DNA from: an uncultured Prevotella sp.
GTDB taxonomy: Bacteria > Bacteroidota > Bacteroidia > Bacteroidales > Bacteroidaceae
Direction: 5' to 3'
Length of the DNA stretch: 64,000 nucleotides
NCBI GenBank assembly: GCA_905235325.1
Contig: CAJOLE010000012.1
Coordinates: 5,768 to 69,767 of the forward strand
Position numbers and translations under genes: made by a program. Positions 28,928-39,156 of this stretch are shown in pieces. Positions within the stretch are counted from its first letter, which is position 1. The number at the start of each line of letters is the position of its first letter. A model generated the notes under the pieces. That model was not told the DNA's origin. It saw only the letters and a list, made by a program, of their open reading frames with translations, and ran no database searches.

Positions 28928-30385
28928 TTATTCTTCGTCGCCGGTCATAATCTGCTTACCGAAGTTGACGATTCCCTTCTTCAATTTGTTCCACTTAGAA
29001 TTCTCACGGCGCAGGCGTTCACGCTCCTTGGCCTCGGCCTCTTCCTTTTCGTGCTGGATGCGTTCTTCCTCTTCGCGCTTCAAGCGGGCTTCCTCCTCGG
29101 CTTTCTGTTTCTCGGCTTCGGTAAGGACAACGCCTGCGGGCACTTCGCCTGGCTTGCGGGCAGGTCGCAGGTCGCTCACTTCGACCGACGCAGCAGGTTT
29201 CGGCTGACCGAAGAGGTCGCCGTTGGAGTCAATAGGAACGCCGGCGCAGTTGATGTCGCCCTTAGCCAGCAGTCCGAGCACGGTGTTCATCATGCCGTTG
29301 CGCGACTTGATGTCGTCAGTGCCGCCAGTAATGGTGTGTACGGGGAACTTGGCGACGCGGATTTTGTCGATGTGCGTGTGGTTCTGGAAAGCTCGCTCAA
29401 TGTTCTTCATGTTGGCGCCGCCGCCGGTCAGGACGATGCCACCTAGCAGCTTGTCGCAGTACTCCGACGGCACCTGGTACCAGGCGTTCTCGACAATCTC
29501 CTCGAGGCGTCCTTCCACAATCTCGATGAACCTGCGGCTCTCCACCTGGCGATCCTGGTCGATGGAGTACTTCAGGTTGTTGTCGATCTCGTTATTGTCG
29601 GTATAGGCTGAGGCGTATTTGAGCTTCATCTTCTCGGCATCGTTCTCCTCCATCTGCAATGTGGCAATATCCTTGCTGATGTTGGAACCGCCAAGGGGAA
29701 TTACTGCCAGGTGGCGAAGGATGTTCTTCGAGTAGACAGAGACAGTGGTCGTGTCGGCCCCGATGTCGATGAGGGCGCAGCCTGAGCGGCGCTCAGCTTC
29801 GGTCAGCACAGCATCTGCCAATGCCAGAGGTGCGTTAAGCATCTCGGCAATGGCGATGCCGGCCACTTCGAAGCACTTATTGAAGTTTTTATAGAATGCC
29901 TTACGCTGCAGGATGTTGAGGTAGTTGCCCTCGAGGCGCGTACACTGTATGCCCACGGGATCCTGCTGGTATTGTGAGTCGACCTTGTATTCCTGGACGG
30001 CGGTGTCAAGGATTTCCTGGTCAGGATAGTTCATGTTGCGGTTAGTGTCGACCAACCCGTCGACCAAGGCATCGGTGACGATAGTTCCCGCAGGCAGATC
30101 CTTGGCGACGACGTTGCGCACGCCGCGTATTGACTGTCCTCCCACGCCAACGTAGACCTGCTTGATTTGTGTCTTCAACTGGGTTTCCAACTTCTTGACG
30201 ATGCCCTGCAGGCACTGGGCGGTCTTGTCGATGTTGTAAACCACTCCCTTGCGGATGAATGCCGAAGAGTCTTCCTTGGCAACGGCCAGCACCGAGATGC
30301 TGCCGTCAAGGTTCTTCTGTCCCGCAATACCGGTCATCTTCGATGAGCCGAGTTCAATTGCTACTATAAATTCCTTTGCTGCCAT
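28928..30385 (-). CDS. ftsA: Cell division protein FtsA
   Basis: AIELGSSK, DIGADTT, VLTGGG; position in dcw. Confidence 0.96.
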   Translation of the reverse strand: MAAKEFIVAIELGSSKMTGIAGQKNLDGSISVLAVAKEDSSAFIRKGVVYNIDKTAQCLQGIVKKLETQLKTQIKQVYVGVGGQSIRGVRNVVAKDLPAGTIVTDALVDGLVDTNRNMNYPDQEILDTAVQEYKVDSQYQQDPVGIQCTRLEGNYLNILQRKAFYKNFNKCFEVAGIAIAEMLNAPLALADAVLTEAERRSGCALIDIGADTTTVSVYSKNILRHLAVIPLGGSNISKDIATLQMEENDAEKMKLKYASAYTDNNEIDNNLKYSIDQDRQVESRRFIEIVEGRLEEIVENAWYQVPSEYCDKLLGGIVLTGGGANMKNIERAFQNHTHIDKIRVAKFPVHTITGGTDDIKSRNGMMNTVLGLLAKGDINCAGVPIDSNGDLFGQPKPAASVEVSDLRPARKPGEVPAGVVLTEAEKQKAEEEARLKREEEERIQHEKEEAEAKERERLRRENSKWNKLKKGIVNFGKQIMTGDEE

Positions 30386-30427
30386 CTTATTTATTTACTA
30401 TTTACGGGATTTACTATTTACTAAGTC

Positions 30428-31177
30428 TTACGAGTTACGCTTCTTGCATATTATCTGGTTGTCGAACTCTACGCTGATACGCTCGTAACGGTCCCAGCCG
30501 GTGTGACTAAGCCCGTACTTATAGAACTTGCGCAGGCGCTCCAGTTTCTTAGGCACTTCGCTCGGTGCTCCGAGATAGACGATGTGGTCACCGACGCGTG
30601 GCACCAGTTCCAGCGAGCCGTCGCTGAGCACGTTAAGCTGTTCGGTCTGGTGCTGCCAGAAGATGTCGGCCTGTATCTGCATGGCCACTGGTGCCAGCCG
30701 TTTCTGGGCGTAGTTGCGGCTGAAGTTGCCCGTCGCCACCAGAAGGTTGCCGCCAAGTCGGCTGTGGGGAAGGATATCGCCGCGCTCGTCAACGTAATAC
30801 TGCTCGCCGCTATTCGTCAGGACGTGGAGCACGGGCTGGCGCTGCGTCAGATTGATGCTGACGTGGCCGTTCTGTGTCTTGTAGCACTCCACGGCATCGA
30901 CGTACGGGTTTTTCTGCAGCACTTCTTCCATCTGGCGCGTGCTGACAAACTGCATGGGCTGCGCCAGCGGGTACTTGCGCTCTTTCTCGAGCAGTCGCTT
31001 AACTTCGGCTGGTGTGAGCAAGCCATGCGTCTGCTCGTCGGCAATATGGATGTTCACCTCGGTACACACTGTTGCCTTGTCCTCGGGTCGGTTGAACACG
31101 GTAATGGCCAGCAGCAGGTAGACGGCGATGGCTATATCCAGCAGGATGACGATGGTTTTCTTCCAGTTGACGGTCAT
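30428..31177 (-). CDS. ftsQ: Cell division protein FtsQ
   Basis: Single N-terminal TM segment; lies between murC and ftsA; ends FDNQIICKK. Confidence 0.85.
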   Translation of the reverse strand: MTVNWKKTIVILLDIAIAVYLLLAITVFNRPEDKATVCTEVNIHIADEQTHGLLTPAEVKRLLEKERKYPLAQPMQFVSTRQMEEVLQKNPYVDAVECYKTQNGHVSINLTQRQPVLHVLTNSGEQYYVDERGDILPHSRLGGNLLVATGNFSRNYAQKRLAPVAMQIQADIFWQHQTEQLNVLSDGSLELVPRVGDHIVYLGAPSEVPKKLERLRKFYKYGLSHTGWDRYERISVEFDNQIICKKRNS

Positions 31178-32551
31178 TTACTTCTTCTCTAATATCTTGG
31201 TTATCTGTGGTACTTGGTTGTCGAGGTCGCCGGCACCGAGCACGATAAGCACGTCGAACTCCCGGCTCTTGACGAAGTCGAGCACGTCGGTCTTCTGTAT
31301 GAGCTGCTTCTCAACGCCCGGAGCGAGGTTGTCGTAGATGAGCTGCGACGTGACACCCTCGATGGGCTCTTCGCGGGCGGGGTATATCTCGGTCAGCACC
31401 ACCTCGTCGAGCTGGCTCAGCGCCTCGGCAAACTCGCGGTAGAAGTCGCGGGTGCGTGTGTAGAGGTGGGGCTGGAAGATGGCCGTGATGTGGCGGTCGC
31501 GATAGAGTTCGCGTATACTGCGCGCACTTTGGTAGATTTCCTTCGGGTGGTGGGCATAGTCGCTGAGGAACACGAGCCGGTCGGTCTTTATCTTGAAATC
31601 GAAACGGCGGTCCACGCCCCCGTAGGTGCGTATGCCGTAGCGCAGCTCCTCGGCCGTGCAGCCGTTCAGCTGGGCCATGGCCATGGCGGCAATGCCGTTC
31701 TCTATATTGATAGGTATGGGCTGTCCGAGCACGATGTCCTTGACCGATTCTATGGGCGAGACGAAGTCGAAGGTGATGCCGCCGTTCTCGATGCGGATGT
31801 TCTCGGCATGGAAATCGCCCTCGTTGAGGGCGTAGTCAAAGCGTCGCACGCCTTTCTGAAGCTGCTCCTGCATCTCCAGACCGCGGTGGATGATGAGTGC
31901 GCCGCCAGGCTGTATAAGTGTTGTATAGTGGCGGAAGCTCTCGAGGTAGGCTTCCTTCGTGCCGTAGATGTCAAGGTGGTCAGGGTCCGTCGAGGTGATG
32001 ACTGTCATCCAGGGGTTCAGCCAGTGGAAGGAGCGGTCGAACTCATCGGCCTCGATGACGACAAAGTCAGAGTCGCTGAGGATGTAGTTCGTGCCGTAGT
32101 TCTTAGAGATGCCGCCGAGGAAGGCGTTGCAGTCCATCGAGGCCTGGTGCATGATGTGGGCGCACATGGTGGAGGTTGTAGTCTTGCCGTGGGTGCCGGC
32201 CACGCAGAGGCCCTTCATCTGCTGGGTAATGGTGCCGAGCACCTGTGCGCGCTTCTGGATGTCGAAGCCGTGCTCGCGGAAGAACACCAGCTCCTGATGG
32301 TCAGCGGGAATGGCGGGCGTATAGATGACGAGACACGACTGCGGCAAGCGGCAGGCGTGGGGAATCTCGTCGACGTTCTCCTCGTAGTGGATGAGCATGC
32401 CCTCGCGCTCCAGCTGGCGGGTCAGGTCGCTGGGCGTCTTGTCGTAGCCGGCCACGACCAGGCCGCGCCTGATGAAGTAGCGGGCGATGGCACTCATGCC
32501 GATGCCGCCGGCACCGACGAAATAGACGGCTTTCATATCTTTGGTGTTCAT
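31178..32551 (-). CDS. murC: UDP-N-acetylmuramate--L-alanine ligase
   Basis: GAGGIGMSA, GTHGKTTT, EADEFDRSF, DYAHHP; start placed at MNTKDMK. Confidence 0.97.
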   Translation of the reverse strand: MNTKDMKAVYFVGAGGIGMSAIARYFIRRGLVVAGYDKTPSDLTRQLEREGMLIHYEENVDEIPHACRLPQSCLVIYTPAIPADHQELVFFREHGFDIQKRAQVLGTITQQMKGLCVAGTHGKTTTSTMCAHIMHQASMDCNAFLGGISKNYGTNYILSDSDFVVIEADEFDRSFHWLNPWMTVITSTDPDHLDIYGTKEAYLESFRHYTTLIQPGGALIIHRGLEMQEQLQKGVRRFDYALNEGDFHAENIRIENGGITFDFVSPIESVKDIVLGQPIPINIENGIAAMAMAQLNGCTAEELRYGIRTYGGVDRRFDFKIKTDRLVFLSDYAHHPKEIYQSARSIRELYRDRHITAIFQPHLYTRTRDFYREFAEALSQLDEVVLTEIYPAREEPIEGVTSQLIYDNLAPGVEKQLIQKTDVLDFVKSREFDVLIVLGAGDLDNQVPQITKILEKK

Positions 32552-32576
32552 AATGGGCTTAGTGAGCTTAATTGGA

Positions 32577-33707
32577 TTATTGGGTGTCTTGGGCAAGTTT
32601 GAGGACTTCCTTTGCGATAATCTCGGCGGAACTGGGCAGGGCCAGCTTCAGCACATTCGTGCTGAGCGAACGGAGCTTAGCCTCGTCGCTGACGGTGTCG
32701 ATAGCCAGCTTCAGGAGTGTAGCCGGTGCATCGGCATCCTTGACGTAGATGGCGGCATCGCGGTTGGCCAAGGCCAGCGCGTTCTTCGTCTGGTGATCCT
32801 CGGCCACGTTGGGGCTGGGTACGAGGATGACAGGCTTGCCGATGAGGCAGAACTCACTGATGCTACTGGCACCTGCACGACTGATGACGAGGTCGGCGGC
32901 ACGATAGGCGGCCCCCATGTCGGTAATGAAGTCGGTGACCTTCAGGTTGGGAATCTTCGACTGTCGGCTTTCGAGTTTCGACTTGATGTCGGCATAGTAG
33001 TACCTGCCCGTCTGCCAGAGGAACTGCACGTCGCTCGCGGCAACGAGGTCGAGGTGCTGCATGACGCTCTCGTTGATGGTGCGGGCACCGAGCGAACCAC
33101 CGACGAGCAGAATGGTCTTCTTCTCGGGATTGAAGCCTAAGCTGCGGACGGCATCCTCGCGCGAGAGGGTGGTCTCGAGCAGGGTCTGGCGCACAGGGTT
33201 GCCCGTCAGCATGATCTTGTCGGCGGGAAAGAAGCGCTCCATGCCTTCGTAGGCCACGCAAATCTTGCAGGCCTTTGCGGCCAGCTGCTTGTTGGCCAGG
33301 CCAGCATAGCTGTTCTGCTCCTGTATCAGCGTCGGGATGCCCAAGCTATTGGCAGCACCGAGAGCGGCACTGCTGGCATAGCCACCCACGCCGACGGCCA
33401 CGTCAGGCCGGAACTCACGCAGGATTTTCTTGGCCTGCCATTTGCTCCTGAGATAGTCGAAGGCCACGCCGATGTTGGCTGGTTTCCACAGCGGGCGGAA
33501 GAATCCCCGGATGGGTAGTCCTTTTATTTCGTAGCCCGCAGCCGGCACGCGCTGCATCTCCATGCGGCCCTGTGCGCCGATAAACAGAATCTTTGCATCG
33601 GGGCGCAGGCGGCGCACTGCGTTGGCTATCGAGACGGCGGGGAAGATGTGGCCTCCGGTGCCGCCGCCGCTGACGATGACTCTTAACTCCTTATTCATAT
33701 CTTTCAC
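32577..33707 (-). CDS. murG: Lipid II GlcNAc transferase MurG
   Basis: GGGTGGHIFP, GGYAS, EQN, GGSLGA, SRAGA. Confidence 0.97.
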   Translation of the reverse strand: MKDMNKELRVIVSGGGTGGHIFPAVSIANAVRRLRPDAKILFIGAQGRMEMQRVPAAGYEIKGLPIRGFFRPLWKPANIGVAFDYLRSKWQAKKILREFRPDVAVGVGGYASSAALGAANSLGIPTLIQEQNSYAGLANKQLAAKACKICVAYEGMERFFPADKIMLTGNPVRQTLLETTLSREDAVRSLGFNPEKKTILLVGGSLGARTINESVMQHLDLVAASDVQFLWQTGRYYYADIKSKLESRQSKIPNLKVTDFITDMGAAYRAADLVISRAGASSISEFCLIGKPVILVPSPNVAEDHQTKNALALANRDAAIYVKDADAPATLLKLAIDTVSDEAKLRSLSTNVLKLALPSSAEIIAKEVLKLAQDTQ

Positions 33708-34957
33708 TACTTACTTTTTCAGTTTTCATCTTCGCCGACCGGCTGATGCTTAGGATGGCACCGATGTAGGCACAGTTGATGATGGTCGACGTGCCGCCTT
33801 TCGAGATGAGCGGCAACGGCTGTCCCGTGACTGGCGCCAGCCCAACGGCCACCATCATGTTGAACGTAGCCTGGATGACGAGCAGCAGTGCCAACCCCAT
33901 GATGAGGAAGGCCGGGAAGTTGTTCTCGCACCGCGTGGCGATGCGGGCGGCACGATAGAGTAACACGATATACAGAAACACCACGAAGGCGGCTCCGAAG
34001 ATACCCATCTCCTCGATAATGATGGCAAAGATGAAGTCAGAGAACGCCTGCGGCAGATAGTCGCGCTCGGTGGAGTTGCCGGGACCCTTGCCTATGATGC
34101 CCGACGAGGCGATGGCAATGTTGGCGTGGCCCACCTGGAAGTTCTCGTCAATCTTGTACTCCTCGGCAGGAACTTCCTCAGAGTTGAAATGCTTCAGGAT
34201 GCGGTTGCGCCAGGTATAGAAACGATGGAACACGCCGCCGCCCTTGATGGCATCCTTGTCGACACTCTCCTCGCCTTCAGCACTGACGACCTCGGTCATG
34301 TGGTTCTCTTCGTTGCGTTTCTCCTCGATGCTGCCCAACGTCAGAACCAGCACTAAAAAGGCAGCGGCAGCCACGGCAATGACTCCTGCCAACTTGCTCA
34401 TCTGCGACATCGGCACATGGCCTATGAACATCATCAGGAAGATGACGGCAAAGAGCAGGGCTGCCGTCGACAGATTCTCGATACCGATCAGGAACGTCGT
34501 GGGCACCAGGATGAGCAGGATGTACTTGAATGCCTTGCGGTCGGCACCCGTCTCGCGCTGCATAGCACTGAGAATCTGAGCCGTGACGAGCACCATCGTG
34601 CCCTTGGCAATCTCAGACGGCTGGAAGGTGAAGCCCATCACTGAGATGACGCGGTTGGCACCATTGATGCTCTCGCCGCCGATGAGCACCCACAACAGTG
34701 TGAGTGCCGTGATGACCAGCAGGAAAGGCGTCATCAGCTTGAAGTAGCGGCAGGGGACGTTGAGCGTCACCACGGCCACGACGACTCCGATGGCAATCAT
34801 GATGGTATGGTAGAAGATGGGACCCATATAGTTCTGGCTCTTGTACGTCAAGTTGCTCGAAGCCGAGAACACTTCGATGATGCTGATCATGCAGAGGAAG
34901 AAGAACACCACAGATGACCTTGTCGCCTTTGAAGATATTGCCTATTTTCTTGTTCAC
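33691..34957 (-). CDS. ftsW: FtsW (SEDS family); apparent frameshift near 34912
   Basis: FQPSEIAK, YLPQAFSDFIF, TGQPLPLISKGG; N-terminus MNKKIGNIFKGDKVI is in another frame (2 nt missing). Confidence 0.93.
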
Positions 34958-34990
34958 CTTGAATTGACGATTAACAGTATTTATGACGGT

Positions 34991-36322
34991 TCAGAGGGAG
35001 CGGGCTATGGCCTTGAACTGCTCGCCGCGGTCCTCCATGTTCTTGAACAGGTCGAAGGAGGCGCAGCAGGGCGAGAGGAGCACCGTCTCGCCAGGCTTGG
35101 CCAGCTCGTAGCAGGCATCCATGCACTCGCGCATGGAGTGTGTGTCGCGCACGGGTATGCCCAGCGCGTCGAAGTTCTGGTGGAGCTTCGCGTTGTCGGC
35201 ACCGAGATAGACCAGTGCCGAGCACTTCTCGCGGATAAGCGGCTTGATGGGCTCGTAGTCGTTGCCCTTGTCCTTGCCGCCTATGATGAGCACCACGCGG
35301 GTCTTCATCGACTCCAGCGCATACCAGCAGGCATCGACGTTGGTGGCCTTTGAGTCGTTGACGTAGTGTACGCCGCGCACGTCGCAGACCTTCTCTAAGC
35401 GGTGCTCCACACCGGGGAAGTCGCTAAGCGACTTGCGGATGGACTCCTTCTTGATGCCGGCGATGTTGGCGGCCAGTCCGGCGGCCAGAGAGTTATAAAC
35501 ATTGTGACGCCCCGAGAGGCTCAGTTCCTCCTGCTCCATATTGAAAGGCATCGGGTATTCCAGCTTGTACTGCCCCTCCTCGATGTAGCCTATAACGCCA
35601 CGCTTCTTGACGTCGGAGAAAGGACACTGAACGGCCTTGATGTCGTACTTCTTCAGCTCTTTGGCAATGACGGGGTCGTCGGCCCAGTAGATGAAGGCAT
35701 CCTGCGGCATCTGGTTCTGGATGATGCGCATCTTGGCATCCGTGTACTTCTGCATGGAGTTGTCGTAGCGGTCCAGATGGTCGGGCGTAATGTTCAGTAG
35801 GATGGCGATGTTGGCACGGAAGTCGTACATATTGTCAAGCTGGAACGACGACAGTTCGATGATGTAGTACTCGTGCGGCTCCTCGGCCACCTGCAGGGCC
35901 AGCGATCGGCCGATGTTGCCGGCCAGTCCGGCATCGTAGCCCGCCTGGCGGAAGATATGGTAGATGAGCGAGGTTGTCGTGGTCTTGCCGTTTGAGCCGG
36001 TGATGCAGATCATCTTCGACTGGGTGTAGCGGCCTGCGAATTCTATCTCGCTGATAATATGTATGCCCTGAGCGATGGCCTTGCTCACCATCGGAGCCGT
36101 GTCGGGTATGCCCGGCGACTTGATAATCTCGTCGGCCGACAGTATCTTCTCCTCGGTGTGCCGGCCTTCTTCCCACGCTATGCCGTGGTCGTCCAGCAGT
36201 TTCTTGTAACGGTCGGCAATCTTCGACATGTCGCTCACGAACACGTCGAAGCCCTGTTTCTTAGCCAGCACGGCAGCACCTGCGCCGCTCTCGCCGGCTC
36301 CTAATACAACTATTCTATCCAT
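34991..36322 (-). CDS. murD: UDP-MurNAc-L-Ala--D-Glu ligase
   Basis: GAGESG, TGSNGKTTT, ELSSFQL, NDSKATN, LSPCCASFD. Confidence 0.97.
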   Translation of the reverse strand: MDRIVVLGAGESGAGAAVLAKKQGFDVFVSDMSKIADRYKKLLDDHGIAWEEGRHTEEKILSADEIIKSPGIPDTAPMVSKAIAQGIHIISEIEFAGRYTQSKMICITGSNGKTTTTSLIYHIFRQAGYDAGLAGNIGRSLALQVAEEPHEYYIIELSSFQLDNMYDFRANIAILLNITPDHLDRYDNSMQKYTDAKMRIIQNQMPQDAFIYWADDPVIAKELKKYDIKAVQCPFSDVKKRGVIGYIEEGQYKLEYPMPFNMEQEELSLSGRHNVYNSLAAGLAANIAGIKKESIRKSLSDFPGVEHRLEKVCDVRGVHYVNDSKATNVDACWYALESMKTRVVLIIGGKDKGNDYEPIKPLIREKCSALVYLGADNAKLHQNFDALGIPVRDTHSMRECMDACYELAKPGETVLLSPCCASFDLFKNMEDRGEQFKAIARSL

Positions 36323-36329
36323 TGCTTCT

Positions 36330-37601
36330 TTATCTTATCTTCAGTGTTATAATGGTCAGTGCCGCCAGGATAATGGTGATAATCCAGAAGCGGAAGGTAA
36401 TCTTCGACTCATGGAACTGGCGCTTGGGCCAGCCGCGGAGGATGTAGTGCGACGTCGGGTCGAGCTGCGAGTCCAGACGGCGGAAATTGTCGTGGATGGG
36501 CGTGGCGCGGAACACGCGGACACGCTTGCCCTTCTTCTTCATCAGCTTGAACCACTGCGTCTGGATGATGACGCTCAGGCTCTCAATGAAGAAGATGCCG
36601 CAGAGGATGGGCAGCAGCAGCTCCTTGTGGATGATGACGGCGCAGACACCGATGATGCCGCCGATGGTGAGCGACCCCGTGTCGCCCATGAATACCTGGG
36701 CAGGGTAGGCGTTATACCACAGAAAGCCGATCATGGCACCGACGAAGGCACAGAGGAACACCACCAGCTCCTCGGAGTGGGGAATATACATCAGGTCGAA
36801 GTAGGCGGCGTAGACGACGTGGCCCGACACGTAGGCCAGGATGAGCAGCGCCACGCCGATGATGGCCGAGTTGCCTGCGCACATACCGTCCATGCCGTCG
36901 TTCAGGTTGGCACCGTTAGAGACGGCTGTCACCACGAGGATGGTCATCAGCACGAAGAGCACCCAGCCGGCGGCCACCTTATGGTCGCCGAGGAAGCCCA
37001 TCACCTTGGAGTAGTTTAGGTTGTGGTTCTTCACGAAGGGGATGGTGGTCTTCAGCGACTTCACCGCCTCCGTCTTATGCTTCACCACAACCTCCTGGTT
37101 CTGCTGCTGCACGCTGATATTCTCGCGCACGACGGCATCGGGGCTGAGCCAGAGCGTCAGGCCCACGATGAATCCTATGCTGATTTGCCCCACAATCTTA
37201 TACTTGCCTTTCAGTCCTTCCTTCTTCTGGCGGAAAATCTTGATGTAGTCGTCGAGGAAGCCCAGGAAGCCCAGCCAGACGGTGGTCATCAGCATCAGGA
37301 TGATGTAGATATTGCGGATGCGGGCAAAGAGCAGCACGGGAATGAGGATGGACACAATGATAATGATGCCACCCATAGTGGGCACGCCCTTCTTCTCGAC
37401 GCCGAAGGGGTCGATGGCCGGGTCGCGCTCGGTCTCGTAAATCTTCTTGCGCCGCATATACTTGATAAAGTACTCGCCGAACCACGCCGAGATGAGCAGC
37501 GCCAGGATGAGCGTCAGCAGCGACCGGAACGAGATGTACGACCACAAGTGGCTGCCCGGTATGTTGTATTGCTCTAAGAATCTGAACAGATAGTATAGCA
37601 T
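36330..37601 (-). CDS. mraY: Phospho-MurNAc-pentapeptide transferase
   Basis: PTMGG, DDYIK, NLNDGMDG, VFMGDTGS. Confidence 0.97.
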   Translation of the reverse strand: MLYYLFRFLEQYNIPGSHLWSYISFRSLLTLILALLISAWFGEYFIKYMRRKKIYETERDPAIDPFGVEKKGVPTMGGIIIIVSILIPVLLFARIRNIYIILMLMTTVWLGFLGFLDDYIKIFRQKKEGLKGKYKIVGQISIGFIVGLTLWLSPDAVVRENISVQQQNQEVVVKHKTEAVKSLKTTIPFVKNHNLNYSKVMGFLGDHKVAAGWVLFVLMTILVVTAVSNGANLNDGMDGMCAGNSAIIGVALLILAYVSGHVVYAAYFDLMYIPHSEELVVFLCAFVGAMIGFLWYNAYPAQVFMGDTGSLTIGGIIGVCAVIIHKELLLPILCGIFFIESLSVIIQTQWFKLMKKKGKRVRVFRATPIHDNFRRLDSQLDPTSHYILRGWPKRQFHESKITFRFWIITIILAALTIITLKIR

Positions 37602-37684
37602 CGTTGTTTCGTTGTTTTGTTATTTCGATGTTTCGATGTTTCGATATTTCGATATTTCGATATTTCGATATTTCGATATTTCGA
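37601..37684. repeat. 8-bp tandem repeat (tcgatatt and variants), ~10.5 units
   Basis: Fills almost the whole murE-mraY spacer. Confidence 0.95.
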
Positions 37685-37691
37685 GTGAAGT

Positions 37692-39140
37692 TCAGAAGCA
37701 CTCGCGGACAACCTCGTGGTCGTCGAAGTGGTGCTTCACGCCCTTGATTTCCTGATAGTCCTCGTGACCCTTGCCGGCAATGAGGATGACGTCGCCACGC
37801 TCGGCCATCATGCAGGCCGTGCGGATGGCCTCGCGGCGGTCGGCAATGCTCACCACCTTCTTCATCTGCTTCGCGTCGAGTCCGGCGAGCATATCGTTGA
37901 TGATGTCCTGCGGCTCCTCGAAGCGGGGGTTGTCGCTGGTAATGATGACGCGGTCGCTCTGGCGCACGGCCTCCTGGGCCATGAGCGGACGCTTGCCCTT
38001 GTCGCGGTTGCCGCCGGCACCGCAGACGGTGATGACCCGACCCTGGCCGTCGAGCACCTCATGGATGGCCTTCAGCACGTTCTCAAGGGCATCTGGCGTG
38101 TGGGCGTAGTCGACCACGGCCGTGAAGCCCTGGGGCGAGCGGATGGGGTCGAGTCGGCCGTTGACGCTCTTCAGCGTGCTCATCGTGACGAGGATATCCT
38201 CGGGCTGCTTGCCCAGCATCACGGCGGCACCGTAGACGCAGAGCAGGTTCGAGACGTTGAAGCGTCCGATGAACTGTACGCCCACCTCGCGGCCGTCGAT
38301 CTCGAGGTACATACCCTCGAAGTGGCACTCAATGATGCGGGCACGGAAGTCGGCCATCTGGCGGATGCTGTAGGTCTTCACCTGCGCCTTCGTGTTCTGC
38401 ACCATGAACAGGCCGTTCTTGTCGTCGGCATTGGTAATGGCAAACGCGCCCTTCGGCAGTTGGTCGAAGAACATTTTCTTGGCGTCGCGGTAGTTCTCGA
38501 CAGTCTTGTGGTAGTCCAGATGGTCGCGGGTCAGGTTGGTAAAGAGTCCGCCGGCGAATTTCAGTCCGCCGATACGCTTTTGGGCGATGGCGTGGCTTGA
38601 GCACTCCATGAACACGTACTCGCAGCCCTGCTGGGCCATACGCCCCAACAGCTCGTTCAGCTCGATGGCATCGGGCGTGGTATGGGTGGCGGCGACGGCC
38701 TCGCCGTCGATGTAGTTGCACACCGTCGAGAGCAGTCCGCACTTGTGTCCCATCTGGCGGAACATATTATATAATAAGGTGGCGATGGTCGTCTTGCCGT
38801 TGGTGCCCGTCACGCCTACCAGCTTGAGCCGTGACGTCGGGTCGCCGTGGAAGACCGTGGCCACCGGCCCTACGGCGTCCTCCGTCGACTCCACCTGTAT
38901 GTAGGTGACGCCGTCGGCCGTCGTCTCGGGCATGTCTTCGCACAAAATGGCCGATGCTCCCAGTTCGACTGCTCGCGCAATAAACTGGTGACCATCGACC
39001 TGTGTTCCTTTCATGGCTACGAACAGATAGCCAGGCTTAACCTGCCGTGAGTCAATCTTTACTCCGGCGATGTTTGTGTCGGCGTTGCCAACGATGGCCA
39101 GCGGCCTGACATTCTTCAGAATTTCTCTCAAATTCATCAT
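37692..39140 (-). CDS. murE: UDP-MurNAc-tripeptide synthetase (meso-DAP type)
   Basis: [29 protein letters not shown]. Confidence 0.97.
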   Translation of the reverse strand: MMNLREILKNVRPLAIVGNADTNIAGVKIDSRQVKPGYLFVAMKGTQVDGHQFIARAVELGASAILCEDMPETTADGVTYIQVESTEDAVGPVATVFHGDPTSRLKLVGVTGTNGKTTIATLLYNMFRQMGHKCGLLSTVCNYIDGEAVAATHTTPDAIELNELLGRMAQQGCEYVFMECSSHAIAQKRIGGLKFAGGLFTNLTRDHLDYHKTVENYRDAKKMFFDQLPKGAFAITNADDKNGLFMVQNTKAQVKTYSIRQMADFRARIIECHFEGMYLEIDGREVGVQFIGRFNVSNLLCVYGAAVMLGKQPEDILVTMSTLKSVNGRLDPIRSPQGFTAVVDYAHTPDALENVLKAIHEVLDGQGRVITVCGAGGNRDKGKRPLMAQEAVRQSDRVIITSDNPRFEEPQDIINDMLAGLDAKQMKKVVSIADRREAIRTACMMAERGDVILIAGKGHEDYQEIKGVKHHFDDHEVVRECF

Positions 39141-39156
39141 TGTAAGTATCTATTTA

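Noticed and set aside
34900-34920. Programmed frameshifting or phase variation in ftsW and the other broken genes
   Set aside because: No slippery sequence, homopolymer or tandem repeat at the break points; sequencing error is more parsimonious.
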